A stretch of 63,484 nucleotides of DNA, filler included, from Octopus bimaculoides (GCF_001194135.2; 4 parts of 4 records of this genome joined end to end with filler, not necessarily neighbours in it), one strand, 5' to 3'. Shown: positions 35,548-49,545, numbered from the whole stretch's first letter. Notes: generated from the letters alone by a model not told the origin. Program-made: numbers and translations.

Positions 35548-36145
35548 GTAAATATATGCGGTATTGAATTTGAAATATAATGATTCTATGAAATTTAGTT
35601 CAATTCGAAAATATATAATGAAAATAAATATTCTGCATGATTTGTGCCCAACAGCGGAGAACAATAGGCAAATGTAACATGTAACTAGCGATACATTTTG
35701 AATTTCTGTGTTGCCTTTTTTTCTGTTTTTTCCATCACTTACGTAGTTGAAATATATGGAAAGGGTATCAACAAAATATTATGCATTATAGAAAATAAAC
35801 CAATAGAAATATTGACGTAGAGGGTTGTAGATAATGACATACTAGGAAATTATTTAAAATATCCTTTGAGGCATATGTTATTTTTTCTCTCATCTTCTAC
35901 TTATTACAGTCATTGGGCTACTGTCATGCTGAGGCTCTGCCTGGAATGGTTTAGTGGGATAATTCTATATCAGTACACCTATGTCAGGTGTATTTTGCAG
36001 AATAGCTAGATTACAACGGGAAGGTAAATAGACTAACACCAGTATTAAAGTGGTGGTGGTGGAGGGTAAACACAAACACACACACAAAACACATACATAC
36101 ACAACCCCTCTACACACACACACATATACATATATAGAAAAAAGA

Positions 36146-36376
36146 GGCCGCGAGCTGGCAGAAACTTTAGCACGCCTGGCGAAATGCTTAGCGGTATTTC
36201 GTTTGCCGTTACGTTCAGAGTTCAAATTCCGCCGAGGTCGACTTTGCCTTCCATCCTTTCGGCGTCGATAAATTAAGTACCAGTTACGCACTGGGGTCGA
36301 TGTAATCAGCTTCATCCCTTTGTCTGTCCTTGTTTGTCCCCTCTTTGTTTAGCCCCTTGTGGGAAATAAAGAAATA
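36146..36376 (+). mobile_element. SINE family A (tail variant 2), full length
   Basis: Near-identical to 19815-20047; possible TSD AGAAAAAAGA at 36136-36145 and 36377-36386. Confidence 0.9.
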
Positions 36377-36844
36377 AGAAAAAAGAAGTTGAATATTGAC
36401 TGAGAATGGTTAAGATCTTTAAGACAGAAAGTCGTGGGGCTCTGCCGCAACTATCTTGCCTATCAGATGCAAGACAGTTGTGGCACAAATTCGTGTCTGT
36501 AAAACTGGCTAAGGCTTTAAAATTAAAAAAAATCTAAACGACTCCCAGTCCATTTTCACTTTCTCCTTTTTACTATATTTCNNNNNNNNNNNNNNNNNNN
36601 NNNNNNNNNNNNNNNNNNNNNNNNNNNNNNNNNNNNNNNNNNNNNNNNNNNNNNNNNNNNNNNNNNNNNNNNNNNNNNNNNNNNNNNNNNNNNNNNNNNN
36701 NNNNNNNNNNNNNNNNNNNNNNNNNNNNNNNNNNNNNNNNNNNNNNNNNNNNNNNNNNNNNNNNNNNNNNNNNNNNNNNNNNNNNNNNNNNNNNNNNNNN
36801 NNNNNNNNNNCCCTCTCTCTCTCTCTCACACACACACACACATA

Positions 36845-37071
36845 CAGGGTTGGCCGCAAGTCACCTCACAGTAAATCAAAATCATTCAATTCCAAGTTTA
36901 AACAAAGAATTATTTTATATGAGACTTCGCTAATAAATAGACAAATATTGAAAAAAAACCGAAATTTTAACTTACAGCATTCAATTATTAAATTAGAATG
37001 GAGAGATAAAATTGAATATTAAGTATTTATGGAATTTTGATTTACTGTCACGTGATTTTTGGCCAACGCTG
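36845..37071. mobile_element. Tc1/mariner-type MITE
   Basis: ~38-bp imperfect TIRs CAGGGTTGGCC..CAGTAAATCAAAAT (36845-36882 / 37034-37071); TA on the left flank, TG on the right. Confidence 0.75.
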
Positions 37072-38530
37072 TGCATACAATCTTCCATACAGTTTACTTA
37101 GAGGGCATTAGTTAGCCCAGGGTGACTGTAGAATATATCGCGGACTGGAACTGATCCGAAAAGCACGTGGTTTGAAAGCGAGTTTCTTAATGAAGCAACT
37201 ATCCCTGTGAATATGTCTCATCATGCATATGTCTCATCATGCATGTCTCATATCCTTATTCGATTTATGGACGTATTTAATAAAATAGTTTTTCTTTACG
37301 TAGTTAATTTTAAAATCTCAAGTATAATCGTTTAGTTACTATTTACAGTGGTGAACTTTATAGGGAAACGAATTTGCGAGATTTGCTGTGATATACAAAC
37401 ACTTATTCGATTCTCTCAACAGCGACTTTCATTTTTCAAGTATATATTTACAATTTATCATAAAATTTCATTGAATTTAAAGTACTGTTTTAATGTGACG
37501 TTCATTATTTTCACCTTAATCGAGATAATATGAAATATCTCGAAATATATTCAGAGTATTACTTGGAAAATTGTCTAAAACTAGGTTATAAGCTCAGACT
37601 AGTAGAAGTATTATTCTTTATATACATATACTTAATAACTCCTTATATTTTCATAAATTCAACGTTAAATTTTGTGAAAAGTAGTTTAAAGACTCAACAT
37701 ATTTCTTTTATATAAAAACAAAGAATCTTCTAGAACAAAGATTCTTCTAGAACAAAATCTTCAACTTTGCTCAAGTTGTGCAAATGCTATTGGAACGGAG
37801 TAGAAATATTTTAAACGTCATATAGAAAGCAAGACACATTTCATAAAATTTTCTTGGAAGGCATCTTACATAAGTATTCTCTTTAAATATCGATTAATCC
37901 TTTTAGGAAATTACTTATTTAAATTTGCTGTGTTAATGGAAGGCTAAAATGCATACTCATCTGCTTTTTAAAGTTACTTTCAAACATTAGTAGCTTTTAA
38001 AGATACCAATTTAATAGATTTAATGAAAGACCAATACATTTAGTAATGGAATGAAAATTAAATGCTTGTGTCCCACTAATAGTAAGAGTACAACTGGCAC
38101 CAGTGAATAAATACAGCGGAACATTGGTCATATACAACAGGGTGCGACAACGACGGGTAAAAACATTTAAAAGAAAGTAACATTCTATTAATACATTTTA
38201 CATTTACTCATTATTTTCTAACCAAGATGAAAATTATTTTCTCTTCTTTAACGAATTAATTTCATCCCAAATAAGACTGTTTATTTTTACAACTATGTTC
38301 ACCATAGGAAATTGAGATGTATGTTTTTAAATAATATTTTTTCTTCATCGCCGGATTTTTTTTTTCCGTGACGTTGTAATAGAAAACACTTACATTAGGC
38401 TAACATCTTAAATAATTTTACAGTTGCACTTTGCTTTTGTATTAAGAAAGTTTTCTCATCGCACACAGCTACTTATGACTTAAACAATTTGTTGTTCACA
38501 CATCTATCTCTACGTTAGTGTGACTGGACT

Positions 38531-38907
38531 GTTGTTGTTGGCACTCCGTCGCTTACGACGTCGAGGGTTCCAGTTGATCCGATCAACGGAACAGCCTGCT
38601 CGTGAAATTAAAGTGCAATTGGCTGAGCACTCCACAGACACGTGTACCCTTAACGTAGTTCTCGGGGATATTCAGCGTGACAAGGCTGACCCTTTGAATT
38701 ACAGGCACAACAGAAACAGGAAGTAAGAGTGAGAGAAAGTTGTGGTGAAAGAGTACAGCAGGGTTCGCCAGCATCCCCTGCCGGAGCCTCGTGGAGCTTT
38801 AGGTGTTTTCGCTCAATAAACACTCACAATGCCCGGTCTGGGAATCGAAACTGCGATCCTATGACCGCAAGTCCGCTGCCCTAATCACTGGGCAATTGCG
38901 CCTCCAC
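38531..38907 (-). mobile_element. tRNA-headed SINE, family C, full length with (CAA)n tail and 12-bp TSD
   Basis: Head GGAGGCGCAATTGCCCAGTGATTAGGGCAGCGGACTTGCGGTC..GTTTCGATTCCC; tail GTGCCAACAACAACAG; TGTGACTGGACT at 38519-38530 and 38908-38919. Confidence 0.9.
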
Positions 38908-39778
38908 TGTGACTGGACTACACTGTTTATAACATTAAGCACAACTGTGAAAATGTATTTCACTCGCAGTAAATGCTATACATTCTTTAAATAAGGAACA
39001 GCATACTTCAATAATTTTCGTAATTCAAGCAATAACATTTTTATTTCATCTTAATAACATTTAAATTCATCTTAGTCTTTTGTTAATAACGTCGGATATA
39101 CGATAAATAGAGATATATACTGGAATGTATCACCTACTATGTTTATCACTTAAAATAGCTCTGAGTTGTGTCTCAAAACACGGAGATGTATCAACATATA
39201 ATTTCGAACCATGTTATAGAAGCAATCCATAAAATCAATATTCGCGTCTGCCTTATGCGCTGTCGTAAGCTCAAAATCATTAACATGTAATCTCTTATCT
39301 TAGTTTTCTGTTAATTGTTAGACGAATGGGCTAATTACGTAGCTGAAATGAACGACGCGAAAGTTCATTGTAGTATTGACAGAGAAATGTATATAAAGCA
39401 AAACAATCAAAGCCTATCCATTAATCAACATGAAATAGGTATTAATATGTTAGCTAATTACTGTTATTTCAATAGATGTACCGGAAAAAAATCTAATATA
39501 GTAAGCAGGTTACCAGATGGAATTGTAACGCAAATATTGTTGGTTATCTATTAAGAAATTATAATAATACACCTTGTACATTTAGAATACAATGCCTGTT
39601 GTCTAGATAAAACAGCGAAAACAATACATTCCGTTTTACGGAATTATTAATATCAACAAATTTACTGTCGTCTACATTTTATCATAATTAATAAATCTCA
39701 GGGTAGCAAAGACAATTTTAGAAGTTCAATTTACTACCGGTGGTCTGGCGAGAAAAAAATACTCAACAGACTATATAT

Positions 39779-40122
39779 TATTCATTTAAAATACAGTATA
39801 CATTTAATACACATCAGAGATGCCTATAATAGGACATCTGACCCGCTAGAAAGAGCAGCCAAAGCTCTACACCACAATTAGGGATAATTTCGAAAGGGAA
39901 TGAAAAATAAAAACATTTACCATCTATATTCCGAACCAGGTTTCAAGTTATTTTAGCAAAACAAATTATTTTGCAAGGAAAACTATCATCAGCGGAATAG
40001 CCTAGATTAACATATATACGCGAGGCACTACATAGAAGACATGACTTGTTTGGCTGCACTTTCTAGCGGGTCAGATGTCCTATTATAGGCATCTCTGATG
40101 TACACTGTATTTTAAATGAATA
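39779..40122. mobile_element. MITE-like element with ~74-bp terminal inverted repeats
   Basis: 39779-39863 vs 40049-40122 are near-perfect reverse complements apart from an ~11-nt insertion in the left arm; TA at both ends. Confidence 0.8.
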
Positions 40123-40679
40123 CTGTCGTTTACAGATATAACAGATTCCAAAAATTAATAAAATCATGGCTCTGTATTTGTAAGCCTTAGCTCTGTAGAT
40201 GATACAGTCAATGTTAATTTCAAAAACTTATAAATCAACAATGGCCACAGTCAGATATTTAGTAATATCGAGCCTATTGCATGCTACATCTTCATCAATT
40301 TCAGTGTTATCATTCGAAGTGCACTTCGTAAAATTTTGAAAATTTTATAAGAAAATGCATCATCCTACACTCTAATCATATCTGGTATTACCTAACATTC
40401 GGGGCTTTCTCTCCAAATATTTTATCTCCTATGCATAAATCATATACTTGTGGTCACGTCCAGCATCTCAAACTTCATCGTAGAGGGAAAGCAAATTTAT
40501 TTTTCTTCTCTATATACTGCCAAAGGACACAATCCCGGTTCCTTTAGATTACCTACCAAACAATTTTTACCTTATAACTTGATTAGGAACTAAAACAATT
40601 GCAGTGAAATGTTCATGATGTCTAATGGTCTTAATATCTAAGCTACTTTTAATACACTTCAACACTATACTTCCACCCT

Positions 40680-41442
40680 TTTTCGTCTTCTTGTCCTTGT
40701 TCTTCTTTTTGTATTTCTTCTCTTTCTTCTTCTTCTTCCTTTCTTCTTCTACTTCCTTTCTTCTTCTTCCTCCTCCTCCTTCTCCCTCTTCTTCCTCCTC
40801 CTCTTCTTCTTTTTCTTCTTCTTCTTCTTCTTCTTCCTTTCTTCTTCTACTTCCTTTCTTCTTCTTCCTCCCCCTCCTTCTCCCTCTTCTTCCTCCTCCT
40901 CCTCCTTNNNNNNNNNNNNNNNNNNNNNNNNNNNNNNNNNNNNNNNNNNNNNNNNNNNNNNNNNNNNNNNNNNNNNNNNNNNNNNNNNNNNNNNNNNNNN
41001 NNNNNNNNNNNNNNNNNNNNNNNNNNNNNNNNNNNNNNNNNNNNNNNNNNNNNNNNNNNNNNNNNNNNNNNNNNNNNNNNNNNNNNNNNNNNNNNNNNNN
41101 NNNNNNNNNNNNNNNNNNNNNNNNNNNNNNNNNNNNNNNNNNNNNNNNNNNNNNNNNNNNNNNNNNNNNNNNNNNNNNNNNNTCTTCTTCCTCTTCTTCT
41201 TCTTCCTCTTCTTCCCATTCTTCTTCTTCCTCCTTTCCTTCCTCTTCTTCTTCTTCCCATTCTTCTTCTTCTTCTTCTTCTTCTTCCCATTCTTCTTCTT
41301 CTTCTTCTTCCTCCTCCTCTTCTTCTTCTTCTTCTTCTTCTTCCCCTTCCCCTACTTCTTCTTCTTCTTCTTCTTCTTTTTCTTTTTCTTCTTCTTCTTC
41401 TTCTTCTTCTTCTTCTTCTTCTTCTCCTTCTCCTCCTCCTTC
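40680..41442. repeat. degenerate (TTC/TCC)n array containing a gap
   Basis: Read directly; source of the poly-E/S/R pseudo-ORFs. Confidence 0.9.
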
Positions 41443-43204
41443 TTTCATGATAATGGTCGCATTCCATTCTTCAACACCTACGAACGGGACATTGATATTC
41501 TACTTGACTGCATATGCTAGATGTCAGTTGTTAGATGTATTTAATGGACTATTTTGGTTCCTCTTTTCTTCTCTTCAATATTTTTCTATAGACATACAGT
41601 CTCTTGTGCTCTCATTCTTTTTCACATTTTCGAACTGCTGATGTCATTAGGTTATATTCCTCTTCTTTAATTTTCCTTTCCGCTTTTCTTTTTTACTTTC
41701 GTTTTCCATCTTACTCTATTTTCCCCGTGTCGATGGTATATAATATTTTTTTTTTATTTTTACACTTCGTTTTTGCCGCGTCTTTATTATTGGTCAAACT
41801 GCTAGTTACAGTTTACTTTGATCTTGCACCATAGATGAATGTGACATCTCGGTTTTAAAGATCACCCGCAAATCCACTAAATTTTAAAATATCACTGAAA
41901 CATTATCTTGGAGAAGTTATTGTATTGTGTTAGTAACAGAAAATAACACTTTTTCTTCTATTATGGTACACACCAAAGTTTTACTAAAATATGATTATCT
42001 TCCTTCCACATTTTAGCCACCGTTTCCCAAAGTTGTGAGGAATCCTTCCAAAAATATATTAACCAATTGAAAGTCTGGCTAAAATCCTATAGAACATAAG
42101 TACCAGCCACTACAATAACATACTCTAATTCCCTGTAACTTCAACGTAAATCAAATATAACTAACCATCAAATACAAAGCATAAATGCAGTTGATACAGG
42201 CAAAGGAGACAAAGCTACCAAATAAATCAAATTTATGTATGTAGAGCCGAGAATCTCTTCCGAAAGTCACAGGACTGAAAGTGTTGCGGATTTAGGAGTA
42301 TTTATATATTTCTATTTGTAAATCGAGACAGCTTTAGTAAGGACCACAAATCTAAATAGTATCTATTTATACTTCATCATACAGTTGATACCTATACACT
42401 GAATGTCGTTTTATACAAATCTTAAATATTTTTATGCATAATACCATCAGAAAACTAAAATGCAAGCCCCCATTTAAGATATCATGTTTTCGTTAAAAGT
42501 TTACAGCACACGTAAACCTCTTTTTTTAAAAAAATCTTTTACTATACAGGAATAAAAACTAAGTATTGAATACAATTACAGGTAAAGAAAATTAAAACTG
42601 CAAAACGTCAGCGTTATACTTTTATAGTAATCTGCAAGTAATGATGCTCGTCGTAGTACATTCATACAGGTGAAATACAGATCTCATGAAAAAATAACGT
42701 TAATTGCTTACAGTTCAAAGAAACAAAATAAAAGAAAGATGAGAACTGCTTACAAAATTTGATAAATAAATCAACTCCAGACATCGCAAATATGTCAGAT
42801 ACGAGATTACTGAGGGAAAATGTACCACATCGATGTCTTCACGTTTAGCTGGAATGTTCGGCAAGTTATCAGCATCCACCCACAAAGTCGTGATTTGATT
42901 AAAAGGTTACAGTACATAATGGCATTTGTATAAAAACAAAACATGGAATTTGAATACAACTAACTGTAATGAAAGCTGAAAATAGAATTTCTTATTTGAA
43001 GCGTGTCATGACTTTTTTAGGCTTTCGGATTGGAATTTCGAAGAGATGAATTTAAACTACACACACACACACACACACACATACACACACACCCACACAC
43101 ACCCACACACACACTTTGCACACATATCCGTTTAGTATGTGTTGAGTGTCAACAGAAAGAATAATTAGTACTATCCTTATTAGAGATACTAAAAATGAAT
43201 ATAT

Positions 43205-43243
<39 letters not shown>

Positions 43244-44204
43244 NNNNNNNNNNTCAAACACACACACACATATACACATGCACATATATATATATACACA
43301 CATATATGTATACACACACACACACACACACAAACACACGCATATATATTAATATATAAGTAGGAGTCAGTTGAATTAGGTACTTAAATAGAGGCACCTC
43401 GTTAGGTCGGAATAATAAAAACACACAACAGTATTACGTAACTATCAAACTTGGTACATAGTATCGGCCGAATGATATTCTTGCAGTATATGCGGACAAT
43501 TAGACCCAGCTGAGTGAAGAATTCCATTCTTGACCTCTTCAGGCATGTGCATTTTATTAACACTGATCAGTAGACATTAAACCGCTCCTTAATAAGTAAA
43601 CTAAGACTAATGGACTTACATCCTCCTCTCTTGTTAGAAGTAAAGGTAAGCGGGTCACTATCCTTAGACAATTGCAGCTGTGGACATTACGTTTCGGACA
43701 AGTGGCCGTGAACAATTTCCTTAAGGAAGCGAAAAATTGCGATAAAAGTACAAGTATGTTTTGTGTAAATATAACTGATTAAGGCTGTATTTTCAATATA
43801 TTAATGATCGAAAATATGAAGGAATTATTAAATAAATTTATATCCATATATCTCTATAATTCAGTGCTTTGAAACTAATTTTCACTTGTTATACTCTTAT
43901 ATTCTTTTCAAAAGTTGGCGACGCACCGGAACTAAAAATATAACTAAAAGTATAGGGAAAGAAATTATATTAAGGTTACACTGGAATACCTAACATCATC
44001 TCGCGGCCCATCAGTGTGCCGGGGCATACCGGTGGCGGATCACAGCTATAATTGTACCAGTAAATACACGTTGTGCGCTATATACAGACGAAAACACGAG
44101 ATCTGATTTAATTACAAGGCAAATATCTTCAGTGGAGTAAGTTAGCCATTCCTATCACCTCAAATACATTGTCATCTCTCCTGAAAGAACTAACGGAAAA
44201 CCTG

Positions 44205-44300
44205 GCAACCGCAGGATTTGAACTTAGAATATAAAATGCCGGTATAACATGTTGCAGATCATATTTCCACGCTCTAACGATTCTTCAAGTTCGTCCCCTT
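44205..44300 (-). mobile_element. SINE family A head, highly diverged
   Basis: GGATTTGAACTTAGAA..CTCTAACGATTCTTCAAGTTCGTCCCC is the reverse complement of the family A head. Confidence 0.5.
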
Positions 44301-44835
44301 CAAAATATCAATTGAATAATAATTGCAATAATTACTAAATGCCCAGTTGATAATTACAATAGCTAATAACTGCATAATTAGTAATTACAATAGTTAATAA
44401 TTGAATAATTTATAATAACACTAATCAATTCTCTTAATTGGGAAAATTGTTCAGGGGACAAATGCCAGGGAAAAGCATCGGAGTAGATGTTCTATTCGGG
44501 CAGTTGTTGATATCTAGGGATTGATTGTTAGTTATTGTGTATAAGTGTGAGTGAAAATTTATAAATATCCGTTTTTTTATATACCGGTGTGACTATCTCT
44601 CTCTCTTTCTCTCTTGCCTTCATTTTTTCCCCTTTTCTTTTTCCCACCATCTCACGCCCACCTTTCTACTTACTCCTTTAATTTCTCTCTCTCTCTCGCT
44701 CTCTCTCTCTTTCTCTCTTCTATTCCGAGCACTTTTCCTTTCCCTTAATCCCTTTCAGTTTTTTTCTCTGCCGCACTCTCTCCCTCTCTCTTACTGTCTT
44801 CATCCTCTGCCTGCTGCTGTCACGTGAAGAGTGGC

Positions 44836-44935
44836 NNNNNNNNNNNNNNNNNNNNNNNNNNNNNNNNNNNNNNNNNNNNTTAATTAATTAANNNNNNNNN
44901 NNNNNNNNNNNNNNNNNNNNNNNNNNNNNNNNNNN
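44836..44935. other. artificial scaffold join (44 N + TTAATTAATTAA + 44 N)
   Basis: Linker at 44880-44891, identical structure to 20497-20596. Confidence 0.9.
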
Positions 44936-45166
44936 CGAACCCTGCTGTACTCTTTCACCACAACTTTCTCTCACTGTTTCTGTTGTACCTGTATTTCAAA
45001 GGGCCAGCCTTGTCACACTGTGTCACGCTGAATATCCCCGAGAACTACGTTAAGGGTACACGTGTCTGTGGAGTGCTCAGCCACTTGCACGTTAATTTCA
45101 CGAGCAGGCTGTACCGTTGATCGGATCAACTGGAACACTCGTCGTCGTAACCGACGGAGTGCCAAC
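44936..45166 (+). mobile_element. SINE family C 3' part
   Basis: Reverse complement of 38535-38768; tail runs into (TATG)n. Confidence 0.88.
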
Positions 45167-45528
45167 CATGTATGTATGTATGTATGTATGTATGTATGTA
45201 TGTATGTATGTGTGTGTGTATTTTGACTGCCTGCTTGAGGTCATTCTGCAATTCACAGGTCAAATGTTAAGTTTTTGACCATTGTGAATAGTTAATCCTC
45301 AAAGGTATTAAAGGATTAGATGGTGAACAATTGGCGGCTTTAAGCCCTTGTTTGTAGTGTTGTCATCGCGTTTCTCTTTTTCGTGATGGTTGCGTTCTAA
45401 TCTCCACAATGTAAGGATTAGAAAGCAACCCTGTCAAATGGAGCTCGAACACAAATGATTTTCCATGCAATAGGAAAACATTACAAAACTATTGCGATTA
45501 ATTAATGATACCCGCGTGTGCGAGTGGG

Positions 45529-45559
<31 letters not shown>

Positions 45560-46808
45560 ATGTAATTACTTCGCTGAAATTGGTTTAACCGAAATGGATT
45601 ACTTTCATCTATAGTACTGAATGCAAAATTCGAGTCGTCTTCAGGTGCTGAGGTATTGGAGAATGACNNNNNNNNNNNNNNNNNNNNNNNNNNNNNNNNN
45701 NNNNNNNNNNNNNNNNNNNNNNNNNNNNNNNNNNNNNNNNNNNNNNNNNNNNNNNNNNNNNNNNNNNNNNNNNNNNNNNNNNNNNNNNNNNNNNNNNNNN
45801 NNNNNNNNNNNNNNNNNNNNNNNNNNNNNNNNNNNNNNNNNNNNNNNNNNNNNNNNNNNNNNNNNNNNNNNNNNNNNNNNNNNNNNNNNNNNNNNNNNNN
45901 NNNNNNNNNNNNNNNNNNNNNNNNNNNNNNNNNNNNNNNNNNNNNNNNNNNNNNNNNNNNNNNNNNNNNNNNNNNNNNNNNNNNNTATATATACATAATT
46001 TATATTATATGTATTTTTATATAAAAGACAATCAAACATTAAAATTAAGAATCATGAAATAATTTTAAAGTATAGTACCATATTTTAAAAATATTTTTAC
46101 AAGGAAAAGTTAGATAGTGGTTTCAGTTTACTTGCAGTCATTAGACTATGGCTTAGTTTGGTTTTCCAGACCTTATATATAATATCGTATGGGACTTGAT
46201 GGGCGAAGTGAAGTGAAGAGTACGTGAGCTTGTTGAGAAAAAATATGTGGTTGTATAATGTAGTTGTATAAGAAATAGAGGACAGGAAGAATGTATACAT
46301 TTATAGGGTGGGGGCTGAGAGGAAAGGATGGCCCATAAAATTTTTCTAGTTTTGTGTTCGTTTGATAGCATCTGCTGAATTTGTAAAAACATAATATGAT
46401 TTTTTGTTTATTTTTGGTTTATATGTTATTGTTTGGATTCAGCCGAGCACGTATGTAAAACCAGATGCTAAAAGTTAAATTTGTATAGGAGTTCAGGTGG
46501 CAGATAAATCACAACTTATCTTAATAAGTCTATTCAAAATTTCCTATAGATTTGTTAATCTAACAAGTTTGAGATTATGCTATCACGCTATTTTTAAGGT
46601 TCATGCAAAAATGTTTTATAAATATAGATGTGACTGGTTAAATTTATAACAGAACGTAAATGAAAGATAGGTCAAATTTAATAGTTATTGTTAAAGATTC
46701 GTTTTTAAATAAAATTTCAACTGGCTTAATAAAAGAGATTGGGTTATTATAAATTTTCCATAGAGACATTTAGGTTTTTATATGTATATGTACGTCTCTC
46801 TTTCACCC

Positions 46809-46842
<34 letters not shown>

Positions 46843-46965
46843 GTTGTGTGTATATATACATACACATACGTAATAAACACACACACACACATACCTGTAA
46901 GGAACTGCTAATTCATACGTATATGCATCCAAATATATGCACATATACAACATACACCTTCGAAA

Positions 46966-46966
<1 letters not shown>

Positions 46967-47033
<67 letters not shown>
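46967..47033. repeat. (TCTA)n microsatellite
   Basis: Read directly. Confidence 0.9.
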
Positions 47034-47037
<4 letters not shown>

Positions 47038-47059
47038 GTCTTCTGTCTGTCTGTCTGTC

Positions 47060-47096
<37 letters not shown>

Positions 47097-47218
47097 TACA
47101 TATATATATACATACATATATACATATGTACATATATATATATATACATANNNNNNNNNNNNNNNNNNNNNNNNNNNNNNNNNNNNNNNNNNNNNNNNNN
47201 NNNNNNNNNNNNNNNNNN

Positions 47219-47266
<48 letters not shown>

Positions 47267-47479
47267 TAATTCAAATACATATGCAAATGTATATCCACCT
47301 ACATACATTCTTACTCTTGTGCGCGTGATTGCATGCTTGCTCTTGTGTGAATCTCTCGAAAACTCTAACAAGAAAATCGCAAATTTGCTCAGCTGCAACA
47401 CGCCTATAAACATTTAATATAATAGCTTCTTTCTAAAGTGAGTACTTTCCTAGCATTGATTGAATATAAAAGAAGATGC

Positions 47480-47845
47480 AGCAACATCTTATACACTTGA
47501 AGAATATCCCTATACCTGCCAAGAAATATTGCCTAAAGATACTATTACAAAAAAGATCGAAAGTTTCATCGAGAGATTAAACACGGAAAATTTACAACCA
47601 CCAAAAAGAAACACGATGGCAATCCCACAAACCACTAAGGATTCATAACAGCCAAGTGGCCACCATCTAATCTATTATTACAACCAGTCGAGGATGAACT
47701 ATTTGCAATGATCAAAAACTTAATATGCGACAATCAAATGAACGCCTTGCAGAATGAAGTCAAACAAAAAATCGCCTAAATCAAAGAAAGTGAAAATTTA
47801 TTTGTAAAATCGGGACAAGGCAAGAAACCTCTACTAAATTAGTTA
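47480..47845 (+). mobile_element. Penelope-like element RT N-terminal fragment, decayed
   Basis: Frameshifted pieces LKNIPIPAKKYCLKILLQK, ESFIERL, GFITAKWPPSNLLLQPVEDELFAMIKNL, ENLFVKSDKARNLY* resemble PLE RT N-termini (KADKT.NLY motif, recalled). Confidence 0.55.
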
Positions 47846-49299
47846 ATCCTTTACAATTGTCTCCCTTCCAACACGATCTCGAACACTAAAACAAAAACAA
47901 CAAATAGAGCAAAAGACCATATATATATATATATATATATANNNNNNNNNNNNNNNNNNNNNNNNNNNNNNNNNNNNNNNNNNNNNNNNNNNNNNNNNNN
48001 NNNNNNNNNNNNNNNNNNNNNNNNNNNNNNNNNNNNNNNNNNNNNNNNNNNNNNNNNNNNNNNNNNNNNNNNNNNNNNNNNNNNNNNNNNNNNNNNNNNN
48101 NNNNNNNNNNNNNNNNNNNNNNNNNNNNNNNNNNNNNNNNNNNNNNNNNNNNNNNNNNNNNNNNNNNNNNNNNNNNNNNNNNNNNNNNNNNNNNNNNNNN
48201 NNNNNNNNNNNNNNNNNNNNNNNNNNNNNNNNNNNNNNNNNNNNNNNNNNNNNNNNNNNNNNNNNNNNNNNNNNNNNNNNNNNNNNNNNNNNNNNNNNNN
48301 NNNNNNNNNNNNNNNNNNNNNNNNNNNNNNNNNNNNNNNNNNNNNNNNNNNNNNNNNNNNNNNNNNNNNNNNNNNNNNNNNNNNNNNNNNNNNNNNNNNN
48401 NNNNNNNNNNNNNNNNNNNNNNNNNNNNNNNNNNNNNNNNNNNNNNNNNNNNNNNNNNNNNNNNNNNNNNNNNNNNNNNNNNNNNNNNNNNNNNNNNNNN
48501 NNNNNNNNNNNNNNNNNNNNNNNNNNNNNNNNNNTATATATATATATGCATGTATTTATGTATATATGTATGTATGCCTGTATATATGCATGTATTTATG
48601 TATATATGTATGTATGCCTGTATATATGTGAGAGCATAGTTTCACTGTAGTAGTCTCAGTATGAAAATGAAACCAGTAAAGTGAAAGTATCTGTCATTAC
48701 AGTATCGAAATGTGATTGCATCAGTTTTGATATTGGAATAGTTTTCTTTTACTGTCAGTGTTTCTCCTTCCTTTCTTTTTGTATTTGTTGCTGGATCGTT
48801 CGTAAGTGTTCATAAGAGAAAGTAGGAGTTGAAAGGATTTGTCAAGGTAGTAGAAAGAGGAAATTAGATTTTATTAGGGGGAAAAATGTTAAATTGTGTA
48901 GTTTTATGGATTTTATTCGTAATTGGGAGTTATTTTGACGGAAAAAATGACGCTGTGATCTAAGTTATGGTATTTAGAATATTAATTCCGATTCTTTCAT
49001 CCAAGAANNNNNNNNNNACGGAAAAAATGACGCTGTGATCTAAGTTATGGTATTTAGAATATTAATTCCGATTCTTTCATCCAAGAAATTTGGAATTGTG
49101 TAAATGTATGAATTTTAAACATATACACACAAAGAAAATCTGCCTTTTACAGATAAGATTAATCGTATGTCAGCCAGAGTTCTTTCATCACACTTCTGTG
49201 ACCTCATCAGTGTGGCGTAATATATATATATATATATATATATGTTACTGTATCGACCAGACAATTGGATGCTGATACTCGCCGCCGGTTACAATGATC

Positions 49300-49545
49300 T
49301 TCCTCGCATTGTTTTAGCTATTGAATGATGCCACCCCACTGGCTAAGCGAGAGGGGTGCAGGTCAACATTCCGCCTGAACAGGACATCATTCTGACGCAC
49401 GGCAATCATCGATTTATTGCTGAATCTACTGGAGCAACGTATAATGAAGTGTCTTGCTCAAGGATACAATGCACCGTCGGTCTGTCAAGTGAAACTACGA
49501 CCTTGAGTTCGTGAGTGCAACACATGATCCACTACAATCAATCAA
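49300..49545 (-). mobile_element. old degenerate SINE
   Basis: GAAGTGTCTTGCTCAAGGATACAA is the reverse complement of the common post-tRNA TTGTGTCCTTGAGCAAGACACTT segment; related to 56140-56405. Confidence 0.45.

Noticed and set aside
38830-38907. tRNA gene (also the heads at 6179, 19815, 21385, 36146)
   Set aside because: A/B-box-like motifs are present, but no complete cloverleaf; each continues into a repeated SINE body, some with TSDs.
48938-49087. Identical 70-bp direct repeat (48938-49007 / 49018-49087)
   Set aside because: The copies flank a 10-N gap exactly; most likely overlapping contig ends.
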